DNA of 64,000 nucleotides from a virus (lineage: Duplodnaviria > Caudoviricetes): IMG/VR virus record IMGVR_UViG_3300030101_003968, positions 731 to 64,730 of that record; one strand, given 5' to 3'. Shown in pieces: positions 7,596 through 16,414 of this stretch. The notes beneath the pieces were generated by a model. It was not told where the DNA came from. It made no database searches and saw nothing but the letters and a program-made list of their open reading frames with translations. Position 1 is the first letter of the stretch. Each line of letters starts with the position of its first letter. The translations under genes were made by a program, and so were the position numbers.

Positions 7596-8321
7596 ATGGC
7601 AAGAAGAATAAAATTAGGATTTGTCGCGCACGGCGAAACAAACGGAGCGAAAGTTGCATCAAAGACCAGCAAGGGTGATAACACAAACAGCTTTACTCAA
7701 GCTACTACTTCAAAAAAGCCTACAGCTAAATCAAGAGGTAATGCCCACTCTACTATCAGCACCGCTTTGAGTAGTTTTGCCTGCGACGGATCGAACGTCA
7801 TGAGCCTTGCCTCTACAGAAAGCATAAACCCATCAACCACACCATATACAATAATTTGTGCATGGACCAATGGTGACTACACCAATGATACGTGGTTGGT
7901 TAGCGGGACGTCAAATGATGCTCACTGGGGCATCAAGGCTGGAGGCGCAGCCGTCATTTATGCAGCCGACGGAACCAAGGCTGCCTCTGCAGAAAGGGAT
8001 TACCCCATAAACTCAACCGCCAACAGCACTACTTCTTATACTTTTGGATCAGATGTAGAGATGATTGCCATCGTGGTAGACGGAACGAGTTTCGCAACTG
8101 TGGGTGACATCTACAACATAGACGGGGACAAGATCGCTGATGCCGTATTGGTAAACCCAAATGGTCTCACCGTTGCGCTTCCGATTGATCACGTTTTGGG
8201 AAAAAGCGACGGAACGCTTGGATTGAATGGTGAGATTTTAGATATTGCGATCTACAATACAGCTCTTCCTGTCCACAGCATCAAGGGGAAAGGAAACAAG
8301 TACAAGAGCCTCAAGGATTGA
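7596..8321 (+). CDS. ConA/LamG-like lectin-fold protein
   Basis: C-terminal LNGEILDIAIYNTAL resembles the LamG signature. Confidence 0.55.
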   Translation: MARRIKLGFVAHGETNGAKVASKTSKGDNTNSFTQATTSKKPTAKSRGNAHSTISTALSSFACDGSNVMSLASTESINPSTTPYTIICAWTNGDYTNDTWLVSGTSNDAHWGIKAGGAAVIYAADGTKAASAERDYPINSTANSTTSYTFGSDVEMIAIVVDGTSFATVGDIYNIDGDKIADAVLVNPNGLTVALPIDHVLGKSDGTLGLNGEILDIAIYNTALPVHSIKGKGNKYKSLKD

Positions 8322-8333
8322 CAATTAAGTTGA

Positions 8334-8918
8334 ATGGAAAATAATGAACGACAGTCATTTTTTGTGACTGGTTTGCCCCGTACTCGCGGGGCTTGGATGG
8401 CTCATTACCTAAACACGATGTGTTGCTGTGAGCATGAGCCTGGACTACGTGTAATGGAAGGTACTATGCCTGGGGATCTGTGGCCTGGAATACTCTCGCC
8501 AATCGGTGGGGTTGACTCCAGCTTCCCGCTGTGGGCAAAGGACTTTTACAACGCATACGGAGATCGTCCGATAGTGATTATAAACAGAGACCCTCTTGAG
8601 GTTATTGAGTCACTGAAGTCTGAGTTTCCTAGCGGTGTCGGGGGTGCATTCCCGTTTCAATACGGTGAGATAATTTCTCAGGCTCTTATTGAACTTGAGG
8701 GTGTTCGAGCTCTTTTTACAAATGTGCTAGAGGTAGACTACGACGACATTGACTCAAGTATTGAGGACATCGTCAAACACATAGGCCTTGGGTACAGGTT
8801 CGATCGTCAAAAGTTTGAGTACATGGATCGATTTAAGATTGCGGTGCATCCGCTGAAGTATCAGCGCCTTCTAGACAGCGGTAATATGTCTGGACGAGAA
8901 GCCTTGCTTTTTGGGTGA
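8334..8918 (+). CDS. sulfotransferase-like P-loop protein
   Basis: FFVTGLPRTRGAW...HEP...IINRDP.EV..S...EVDYDD. Confidence 0.6.
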   Translation: MENNERQSFFVTGLPRTRGAWMAHYLNTMCCCEHEPGLRVMEGTMPGDLWPGILSPIGGVDSSFPLWAKDFYNAYGDRPIVIINRDPLEVIESLKSEFPSGVGGAFPFQYGEIISQALIELEGVRALFTNVLEVDYDDIDSSIEDIVKHIGLGYRFDRQKFEYMDRFKIAVHPLKYQRLLDSGNMSGREALLFG

Positions 8919-9285
8919 GAGCGTACCTGACTCTGTAGTTATACTTGGTTTCATCTCTAAACAGATGGTCTTCAAATGTGTCTGATGGAGTTAGCCTGTT
9001 AAAGTGCTTGTATACGTAACCGTTGTTAACTAACTCATATACAATGCGCTCTCCTAGTTTTTTCTTGTTGTACCCGTAGTCTTGTGACGCATACGCCAAC
9101 GTCCAGAACTCTAGATCGTATGCCCATAGCATGAACTGCAGCTCTTTTTCAAAGATGTCGTACCTTCTGCAGAAGTCATTGGTGACGGACCTAAGGTGCT
9201 TTAGGTAGTTCTTTTTGACGTACCTTTGATTCAGTTTAGAGAAGTCTCGGAAGAGCTTCTTTTTTGACACGGAACTTTTAGGCAT
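8833..9285 (-). CDS. putative winged-HTH DNA-binding protein
   Basis: Likely start MPKSSVSKKK; ELVNNGYV...YALTQKARLL resembles a wHTH wing. Confidence 0.55.
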   Translation of the reverse strand: MPKSSVSKKKLFRDFSKLNQRYVKKNYLKHLRSVTNDFCRRYDIFEKELQFMLWAYDLEFWTLAYASQDYGYNKKKLGERIVYELVNNGYVYKHFNRLTPSDTFEDHLFRDETKYNYRVRYALTQKARLLVQTYYRCLEGADTSADAPQS

Positions 9286-9294
9286 AATTGAGGT

Positions 9295-9600
9295 ATGGGG
9301 AACTATGAAGATATGGAAGAAGAGGGCTTCTGGTACGAAATACAGGAGATTTCTGGAGCAATTCAAGAGCTTGTACACAAGTATGGCATGGAGGATCGTA
9401 TTATTTCTGCTGTTGTGATTGGACTGCTTGAGCCAATAACTGAAGATCAAAGCAACATGAAGGCTTTTTTCAACTACAACATGCAAACCATAGATGAGCT
9501 TGAAATCATCACCGACTTTATGAAAGACTCTTACACTCCGCCCGATAACGGTCCAGACTTAGATGACCTTTTAAATGGGCTGGGTATATCACTAAATTAA
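9295..9600 (+). CDS. hypothetical acidic protein
   Basis: 101-aa ORF in operon. Confidence 0.65.
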   Translation: MGNYEDMEEEGFWYEIQEISGAIQELVHKYGMEDRIISAVVIGLLEPITEDQSNMKAFFNYNMQTIDELEIITDFMKDSYTPPDNGPDLDDLLNGLGISLN

Positions 9601-9601
9601 A

Positions 9602-9841
9602 ATGGAAGGACTTATTAGAAAAATTATCATCGGGCGAGACCCGAAGGATGCCATGGCGTATTACGTCGGAATGAACGCTGGCAGAGGCAAAGTTAGCGCT
9701 ATAGTAATGGATGAAAAGCACTTACATGTGCATGGAAAGAAGAGATATCTTGTATATTTGCAAGAGGAAGACGAGTCTCAGGTATTGTGGAAAGTCGTAG
9801 ACGACATGCCATGTTTGCTTGAATTCGATCTCAATTTCTAA
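9602..9841 (+). CDS. hypothetical protein (IRKIIIG.DPKDAMAYYVG)
   Basis: 79-aa ORF immediately upstream of the GroES-like gene. Confidence 0.7.
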   Translation: MEGLIRKIIIGRDPKDAMAYYVGMNAGRGKVSAIVMDEKHLHVHGKKRYLVYLQEEDESQVLWKVVDDMPCLLEFDLNF

Positions 9842-9845
9842 TTTA

Positions 9846-10451
9846 ATGAAGACATTTAATCTCTTCGTCGTTGAACTTGAAAAGAAAATCAATGACACTA
9901 TTAAAACTTCGTCGGGCCTGGAGCTATATGTGGACAACCGCTTCAACGAGTTTAAGCATCGCGTTAATGCTGGCCCTTTGGTTGCTGTTCCTTTTAAGTA
10001 TGAGACTGGCGCACAGCCAGGAGATACTTTGTTCTTTCACCACCTAGTAGTTCTTAATGAGGGTCAAGTTCTAACTGGGCATAAAGACCACTACCTAGTA
10101 AGGTATTGTGATCCAAGCGTTTCGGTGGTAAACAATCAAGCCATTGCTTACAAATCAAAAGACACTGGCAAGGTTCATCCTCTTGGAGGATGGGTAGTTC
10201 TTTCGCCTGTCGAGGAAGAACAAGAGTCTGAGTCGGAGGTTATCGAGGTGGTTAAACTCAAGGAGGATCCTGTCACAAAGGGGGTAGTATCATTTGAGTC
10301 TGAGAAGACCAAAGAGCTTGGCCTTGAGGTTGGAGACGTGGTGAGCTTCAAAAAGAACATGGACTACCGATTCAAAATAGACGATGTAGAGTACTACAGG
10401 GTTGATTACACTGATATATACTATGTCGAAGAAGAAGTTCACAACGGTTGA
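9846..10451 (+). CDS. groES: GroES-like co-chaperonin (two tandem GroES-like domains)
   Basis: KTSSGLEL...GDTLFFHH and HPLGGWVVL...GVV...LEVGDVVSF. Confidence 0.65.
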   Translation: MKTFNLFVVELEKKINDTIKTSSGLELYVDNRFNEFKHRVNAGPLVAVPFKYETGAQPGDTLFFHHLVVLNEGQVLTGHKDHYLVRYCDPSVSVVNNQAIAYKSKDTGKVHPLGGWVVLSPVEEEQESESEVIEVVKLKEDPVTKGVVSFESEKTKELGLEVGDVVSFKKNMDYRFKIDDVEYYRVDYTDIYYVEEEVHNG

Positions 10452-10713
10452 AGCTGCACAGCGCCTTATGGCGTCAATGGAGGTGGCCATCAACAACATG
10501 ATCGACGAGGTTAAAAAGCCAGTTGATCCAGAGGCTGGAGGTGCTGCGAGAAAAGCAGAGCTTCAGTCAATCAAACAAACAGCTACGGATTGTAAAGAGC
10601 TAATCGTTGAAAGACAGCGATTGGAGCAAATGATCAAAGACATTAGCACTAATGGATCAATCGAAGAAGCAAAAGACTACAGCGGAGGTTTCGCTGAAAG
10701 ATTCTCTAAGTGA
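10423..10713 (+). CDS. helical protein, possible terminase small subunit
   Basis: 96-aa coiled coil upstream of terL; position-based inference. Confidence 0.45.
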   Translation: MSKKKFTTVEAAQRLMASMEVAINNMIDEVKKPVDPEAGGAARKAELQSIKQTATDCKELIVERQRLEQMIKDISTNGSIEEAKDYSGGFAERFSK

Positions 10714-10795
10714 TTGGAAAAAGATAGTATGGCAGTACAATAGAACAGACTTTAAGTTTTGGGAGGACTCCTGGAACGATGAGTTTGAGGACTAA
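10652..10795 (+). CDS. small hypothetical protein (47 aa, ...VWQYNRTDFKFWEDSWNDEFED)
   Basis: Read manually; overlaps the previous gene and ends at the tRNA-like gene. Confidence 0.35.
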   Translation: MDQSKKQKTTAEVSLKDSLSDWKKIVWQYNRTDFKFWEDSWNDEFED

Positions 10796-10872
10796 CCGCG
10801 AGTATCCCCTCAAGCTTATACCTTGTAGAAAGGGTAACTGGTCACATGTGGGTTCAAGTCCCACCTTGCGGA
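10796..10872 (+). tRNA. atypical tRNA-like gene, UAU anticodon (Ile), no canonical D-arm
   Basis: Acceptor CCGCGAG/CTTGCGG; T-arm GTGGG-TTCAAGT-CCCAC; anticodon arm CAAG-CTTATAC-CTTG. Confidence 0.6.
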
Positions 10873-10885
10873 CAAATTAAAAACA

Positions 10886-11017
10886 ATGGCAAAACAAGCG
10901 TCAACTTACGTTCAAAAAAAAAGAATAAAGAGGGCTGATGTCCACTCTAAGACAAAGCACTCTAATAACAAGTCCTCTAAGCACTACTCCAAGAAGTACA
11001 GAGGTCAAGGTAGATGA
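10886..11017 (+). CDS. small basic protein (43 aa, ...KHYSKKYRGQGR)
   Basis: Read manually; A-rich leader; KKYRGQGR terminus is common in phage small basic proteins. Confidence 0.65.
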   Translation: MAKQASTYVQKKRIKRADVHSKTKHSNNKSSKHYSKKYRGQGR

Positions 11018-11102
11018 TGGTATATTTATACAATCATGTGTCCTTATTGCTTTATTGGTATCTTAGCAGCTCTGTCTAGTACATGCGGTCTTATTTGGAA
11101 AA

Positions 11103-11327
11103 ATGGCAAAAAAACGCGACTACAAAAAAGAATACAGGAAGTACGGGAAGACTCGTGCTGCAAAGAAGTATCGTGTTGCCCTGAACAAGTACAACAGAAA
11201 GAAAAAGACTTATGGAAATGGAGACGGCAAGGATGCCGCTCACCGAGGATCGAAAATTAAAGGTTTTTTGAAAGCAAGCATTAACAGAGCCAATAACAGG
11301 CCAAAGAAACGAAACAGCAAGGGCTAA
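11103..11327 (+). CDS. small basic degenerate HNH-like protein
   Basis: RDYKKEY...GNGDGKDAAH...SINRA. Confidence 0.6.
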   Translation: MAKKRDYKKEYRKYGKTRAAKKYRVALNKYNRKKKTYGNGDGKDAAHRGSKIKGFLKASINRANNRPKKRNSKG

Positions 11328-11332
11328 GGCAT

Positions 11333-11406
11333 GCGCCTGTAGCTCAGCTGGATAGAGCATCTGCCTTCTAAGCAGACGGTCACAGGTTCGAATCCTGTCA
11401 GGCGTA
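11333..11406 (+). tRNA. tRNA-Arg (TCT)
   Basis: GCGCCTG-TAGCTCAGCTGGATAGAGC-A-TCTGC-CTTCTAA-GCAGA-CGGTC-ACAGG-TTCGAAT-CCTGT-CAGGCGT-A canonical cloverleaf. Confidence 0.95.
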
Positions 11407-11413
11407 CAATTAA

Positions 11414-13525
11414 ATGAAAAAAATGTCTAGTGATGCGAATGATTTTATCGCAATTTGCCCCAACGGTACGAAAGGAGAGATTGTTCGAATCGGTGGGTTG
11501 GACATTGCACTTCCCGCTCAGCCTCCCAAAAAGAAAATTTATGGATATGGAAAGCCAAACCACATGCAGCTGTGGGAAAGGGTTTCTATGCCTGAGGAAA
11601 TGCTTCGGATTAAGAGTATGGATGAGTGGGCCGAGATGCCCCGCCCCTTCAGAGAAAAGTTTCGTCCGTATATCGAAGAGGAGTTTCGCCGTAGGCGTGA
11701 AGGCTTTTGGTTCTATAACGACGGTGTCCCTACATATATTACGGGCAGGCATTACATGATGCTTCAGTGGACCCGAATGGATATCGGGTATCCAGACTAT
11801 TTAGAGTTCCAAAGAGAAATTTTCGTACATTTGTCTGCGTGTGAGGCGGACCCCCGATGTATCGGGCAGCTGTATACTAAATGTAGGCGGAGTGGATATA
11901 CCAATATCTGCTCTGCTGTGCTTCTAGACGAAGCCACACAAGTAAAAGACAAACTCTTGGGGATACAGTCAAAGACTGGTAAGGACGCCCAAGAGAATAT
12001 ATTTATGAAGAAGGTGGTGTACATGTTCAGACACTATCCCTTCTTCTTTAAACCTATTCAGGATGGAACAACCAATCCGCGCATGGAGCTGGCTTTTCGC
12101 GAGCCGTCTAAGAGAATCACGAAGAACAATAAGACTACGCAGACGGGCGAGGCTCTTAATACGGTCATAAACTGGAAGAATACTACCAACAACGCCTATG
12201 ACGGAGAAAAGCTACATTTGCTCTATCTAGACGAAGCTGGTAAATGGGAAAGACCTACAGACATAAGGGACGCCTGGAGGATTCAACGGACTTGTTTGAT
12301 CGTCGGGCGAAAAATCGTCGGAAAAGCAATGGTGGGAAGCACCGTCAATCCGATGGACAAAGGGGGAAAAGAGTACAAAGACCTTTGGAGGGATTCAGAT
12401 CCAGACGAGAGGAACAAAAATGGGAGGACTAGATCAGGACTCTACCGACTCTTTATCCCTGCAGACATGGCGCTGGAGGGCTTTTTTGACAAGCACGGAA
12501 GGGCCGTACATGAAGATCCTGAGTCCCCCGTTGAGGGCATTGATGGTGTAGACGTTGAGCTCGGAGCCCGTACTTATCTCAAAAACGAAAGAGAGGCACT
12601 GAAGCACGACGCTTCCGAGATGAACGAAATTATTAGGCAGTTTCCCTTTACTACAGATGAGGCGTTTAGAGATAGTATTGAGGGGAGCATTTTTAATGTG
12701 GGTAAGATTTACGAGCAGATTCAGTACAATGATGAGTTGTTCCCTAACCCTGTTGTTACTGGTAATTTTGTTTGGAAGAACGGAGAAAAAGACAAAGAAG
12801 TTGTTTTTTCTGCAGACCCAAATGGAAGATTCAGAGTTTCATGGATGCCACCTAATGAGCTTAGAAACAAAACTAAGACAGAAAAGGGCAAACGTGTTGC
12901 ACCTAATGCAGAGCTGGGGGTGGGCGGGGTTGACTCCTACGACCTTGACGCCACCGTCGATGGACGGGGGTCGAAAGGAGCGCTACACCTTTACAATAAG
13001 TTTAGCATGGATCATCCATCAAACACCTTTGTACTGGAGTATGCGTCCCGTCCACCTTTGGCTAAAATCTTTTACGAAGATGTGCTTATGGCCGCTGTTT
13101 TCTACGGATACCCAATTCTCATTGAGAACAACAAGTACGGCATTGCAAGATACTTTGAATCAAGAGGTTACGATGGATATCTAATGGATAGACCTCGTCA
13201 TTTAATGTCCTCTTCTGCCAAGGTCAACGTAAAGACTAAAGGAATTCCATCAAACTCTCAGGACGTAATTCAAGCTCATGCACACGCTATAGAGGCATAC
13301 GTTCATGATTATGTCGGAGCAAATCACGAGACTGGAGAAATGGGAAAAATGTATTTTAACAGAACTCTAGAAGATTGGGTGGGGTATAAGATTGACAACA
13401 GAACAAAATTTGACCTTACAATCAGTTCTGGACTTTGCCTTCTGGCGTCTCAGAAGTACAAGCCAAAAGTGAAGCCGTCTAATTTCAATGAATCAAAATT
13501 TTTTCGCAGATACAAGTATAATTAA
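11414..13525 (+). CDS. terL: terminase large subunit
   Basis: 703 aa; Walker A-like KCRRSGYT, Walker B LLYLDEAGK, nuclease GGVDSYD, ILIENNK, FDLTISSG. Confidence 0.92.
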   Translation: MKKMSSDANDFIAICPNGTKGEIVRIGGLDIALPAQPPKKKIYGYGKPNHMQLWERVSMPEEMLRIKSMDEWAEMPRPFREKFRPYIEEEFRRRREGFWFYNDGVPTYITGRHYMMLQWTRMDIGYPDYLEFQREIFVHLSACEADPRCIGQLYTKCRRSGYTNICSAVLLDEATQVKDKLLGIQSKTGKDAQENIFMKKVVYMFRHYPFFFKPIQDGTTNPRMELAFREPSKRITKNNKTTQTGEALNTVINWKNTTNNAYDGEKLHLLYLDEAGKWERPTDIRDAWRIQRTCLIVGRKIVGKAMVGSTVNPMDKGGKEYKDLWRDSDPDERNKNGRTRSGLYRLFIPADMALEGFFDKHGRAVHEDPESPVEGIDGVDVELGARTYLKNEREALKHDASEMNEIIRQFPFTTDEAFRDSIEGSIFNVGKIYEQIQYNDELFPNPVVTGNFVWKNGEKDKEVVFSADPNGRFRVSWMPPNELRNKTKTEKGKRVAPNAELGVGGVDSYDLDATVDGRGSKGALHLYNKFSMDHPSNTFVLEYASRPPLAKIFYEDVLMAAVFYGYPILIENNKYGIARYFESRGYDGYLMDRPRHLMSSSAKVNVKTKGIPSNSQDVIQAHAHAIEAYVHDYVGANHETGEMGKMYFNRTLEDWVGYKIDNRTKFDLTISSGLCLLASQKYKPKVKPSNFNESKFFRRYKYN

Positions 13526-13543
13526 GGCCACCGCTACATTTAC

Positions 13544-13551
13544 TATATTTG
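13544..13551 (+). promoter_or_regulatory. -7 box TATATTTG upstream of portal
   Basis: TAnnTTTG in intergenic gap. Confidence 0.65.
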
Positions 13552-13572
13552 CAAAAATGCACTCCATCAACA

Positions 13573-16017
13573 ATGTACGGTAACTCATCAAAGGCGGGTA
13601 AGTCCTTTCCAAATCCCCTTGCTCCGCAAGCAGAGAAGCAGTCAATCGAGTATGGGCTAAGCTATGCAAAGGCAATCGAGGCGCAGTGGAATGGCTCAAC
13701 TCCAGATGATTCTGCAATAAACAGAAGGAATAGAGAGTTTCACGTAAACAGAAAATACGCTAGGGGAACTCAAGATGTTGACATCTATAAAAGACTCCTG
13801 AACACTCTTGATCCAAACAACAACGACGGAACCCTTTTGAATCTGGATTTTAGTCCAGTTCCTGTTCTTCCCAAGTTTGCAAAGATCGTATCTAATAAGA
13901 TACTTTCTAGAGACCCATATCCAAACGTTGAAGCTATAGATCCTCTTTCCTCCTCTTACAAGGACAGGGAGAAAAAGAAGATGGCACAACTTATGAAGAT
14001 GAGAGAGCAAATCATGTCTCTTTCACAGAGCACTGGTATTAAGCCATTTGGTGACGTCGAAAAAATTCCAGCCAGCGAAGAAGAGGCAGAGATTTTTTAC
14101 GAAACCAACATCAAGGTTGATGCGGAGGTTGCGGCTCAACTTGCAGCTCAGGCAACACTTTCTTGGAACAAGTTTAATGAGACCACTTTTAGAAGAGCTG
14201 TAGAGGATCTTGTTTCTTGTGGCATGGCTGTGGTCAAACGAATCAATGACCCATCTTATGGGATTACCTTGAAGTACATTGATCCAAAAGACTTTGTTCA
14301 CAGCTACACAGAGGACCCAAACTTTGGTGACATTAGTTATGCTGGATCCGTTAGAAGAATAAGCATTTCTGAGCTGAAAAGACTTGCGGGTGACAAGCTT
14401 ACAGAAGAGCAGTACAAAAAAATTGCAGAAAAGTCTTCTAGTAGATACGGAAATGACTCATCTGCCCTTCACAGAACTCACTACGACAATCAGGCAAGAA
14501 GAACGGTTTTTGGTTATGATGAATATGTTGTTGAGCTTTTAGATTTTGAGTTTTTGTCAACGGATACAATGTTCTTTGAAGAAAAGGGCAATCGTTACGG
14601 AAACACTGGTTTTTTTACCAGAGGATACAACTACAAGGAAAGAACTGGGGGAGTATTTAAAAGAGTTCCTCACACCCTTGAGGTTACCAATGTTTATGGA
14701 GGGTTTTACGTTATGGGGTGCGGATACATGTTTGATTACGGCATGAAGACAAACATGCCTAGAAACATATACGACCTGTCTAGAACAAATCTTTCCTACT
14801 CAGTGGTGGCGACCAACTTGGAGAACATGGTTCCCAAGTCAATGATTGGAAGCACCAAGGGTTTTGCAGATATGCTTCAGCTGACTCACCTCAAGATTCA
14901 GCAGGCTATTGCAAAAGCTAAGCCCGATGGATTGATCATTGATATCGAGGGGTTGGAAAACGTACAGCTCGGCAAGGGTGGAGAGCTTCAGCCACTGGAG
15001 TTGCACGACATTTACGAGCAAACAGGTGTTTTTTACTACAGAAGTAAGAATCCAGAGGGAGGTTTTCAAAACCCACCGATTAGAGAAATTGGCAACAGCA
15101 TCAGGAATATCAATGAGCTGATCAATCTATATAATCACTACCTTAGAATGATTCGTGACGTCACGGGCATTAACGAGGCCATGGACGCATCATCCCCTAA
15201 GGGTGACGCACTTGTTGGTGTAAGAGAGCAAGCTATTGCCGCTGGAAACAACGCCATCTACGATATAACAAACGCGGCGATGATTCTTTTCCAAAGAGTT
15301 TGCGAAGACTTGGTAAAGTGTCTTCAGGTCCTTCCAAGAGAGTCGGTTATTTTTCAGTCGTACTCAAACGCTATTGGAGACACAAATATGAATGTGATTT
15401 CTTCGTTTGAAGATCTTTCTATGTTCAATTTTGGCATTATCGTTAAGAAAAACATGGACGACAGGGAAAGGCAATTCCTTGAGCAGTCAATTCAGGTATC
15501 TATGCAGCAGCAAAAGATTGACCTTGAAGACGCTATGGCAATCAGAGAGATTAGAGACGTAGAGCAAGCGGAAAGGTTGCTTGCGGTAAGGAGAAAGAAA
15601 AAGGCGGCTGAAGCAGCTCAAATGGCTCAGCAAAATTCTCAGATGCAATCCCAACAGGCCCAACAAGCTGCTCAGCAGGCATCGCAAGCTCGTCAGCAAG
15701 AAATGCAGATGCAGTCTCAAATTGAGATGCAAAAAATTCAAGCTAAGGCTCAAGCAGACATTCAAGTTGCTCAAGCTCTCCATCAGTTCAAAAAGGAGCT
15801 GGAGATGATTAAAGCGCAGGCCACTCTTGGATTTAAAACTGACGATCAGGAGTTTAAGGAAAAAATTGAAGTTCTTAAGGAGGACAGAAAAGACGAAAGA
15901 GTGGACAAGCAAGCTGTTGCTCAATCAAAACTTATGAGTCAAAGAAAAGATCAAAGAGGCGAGCTATCTACAGACAACACCTCAGAAATCATGAGAAACC
16001 TTATTCAAAATGGCTGA
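13573..16017 (+). CDS. portal protein (crAss-like size)
   Basis: About 815 aa after terL; LNLDFSPVPVLPKF, IRDVTGINEAMD, Gln-rich C-terminal coil. Confidence 0.85.
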   Translation: MYGNSSKAGKSFPNPLAPQAEKQSIEYGLSYAKAIEAQWNGSTPDDSAINRRNREFHVNRKYARGTQDVDIYKRLLNTLDPNNNDGTLLNLDFSPVPVLPKFAKIVSNKILSRDPYPNVEAIDPLSSSYKDREKKKMAQLMKMREQIMSLSQSTGIKPFGDVEKIPASEEEAEIFYETNIKVDAEVAAQLAAQATLSWNKFNETTFRRAVEDLVSCGMAVVKRINDPSYGITLKYIDPKDFVHSYTEDPNFGDISYAGSVRRISISELKRLAGDKLTEEQYKKIAEKSSSRYGNDSSALHRTHYDNQARRTVFGYDEYVVELLDFEFLSTDTMFFEEKGNRYGNTGFFTRGYNYKERTGGVFKRVPHTLEVTNVYGGFYVMGCGYMFDYGMKTNMPRNIYDLSRTNLSYSVVATNLENMVPKSMIGSTKGFADMLQLTHLKIQQAIAKAKPDGLIIDIEGLENVQLGKGGELQPLELHDIYEQTGVFYYRSKNPEGGFQNPPIREIGNSIRNINELINLYNHYLRMIRDVTGINEAMDASSPKGDALVGVREQAIAAGNNAIYDITNAAMILFQRVCEDLVKCLQVLPRESVIFQSYSNAIGDTNMNVISSFEDLSMFNFGIIVKKNMDDRERQFLEQSIQVSMQQQKIDLEDAMAIREIRDVEQAERLLAVRRKKKAAEAAQMAQQNSQMQSQQAQQAAQQASQARQQEMQMQSQIEMQKIQAKAQADIQVAQALHQFKKELEMIKAQATLGFKTDDQEFKEKIEVLKEDRKDERVDKQAVAQSKLMSQRKDQRGELSTDNTSEIMRNLIQNG

Positions 16018-16414
16018 TTTAAATCTCGATATATCTCAGGAGCTAAACATCACAATAAGAAGGGGTGACACTCTGTCTTTTGATGTTACCGTAAAGGATA
16101 CGGATGGAGACGCTGTTGACCTGACCGCGTACAACTTTGATATGGATATTAGATCTTCGTCAAACGTAAACTCAGCGTCAAACAGAAATGATGTAGTTCT
16201 TTCCAATACTCCTGGCGGTAAGAATAAGTTGCTTTTGTCTATTTCTGGGGCAGCTGACGGAACCCTTAGTGTCGATGCAACTAGAGAGGCTATTTCTCAA
16301 ATTTCTCCTGGAACCTACAACTACGACATCTCAGCGAATCACGCCGTTAATGCCACGTCTCAGACTTGGTTTTTCGGAAGGTTTACCGTCAACAAAGACT
16401 TTACTCTTAGATAA
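16010..16414 (+). CDS. virion structural protein (BppU N-terminal-like Ig fold)
   Basis: ITIRRGDTLSF...VDLTAY...GTYNYDI...GRFTV. Confidence 0.6.
   Translation: MADLNLDISQELNITIRRGDTLSFDVTVKDTDGDAVDLTAYNFDMDIRSSSNVNSASNRNDVVLSNTPGGKNKLLLSISGAADGTLSVDATREAISQISPGTYNYDISANHAVNATSQTWFFGRFTVNKDFTLR

Noticed and set aside
11036-11260. ORF MCPYCFIGILAA...
   Set aside because: Mostly overlaps the better supported 11103..11327 in another frame; cannot be supported, although a TATATTTA box lies upstream.
11414-13525. Intein or group I intron in terminase
   Set aside because: Continuous 703-aa ORF with no intein termini or homing-endonuclease motifs.
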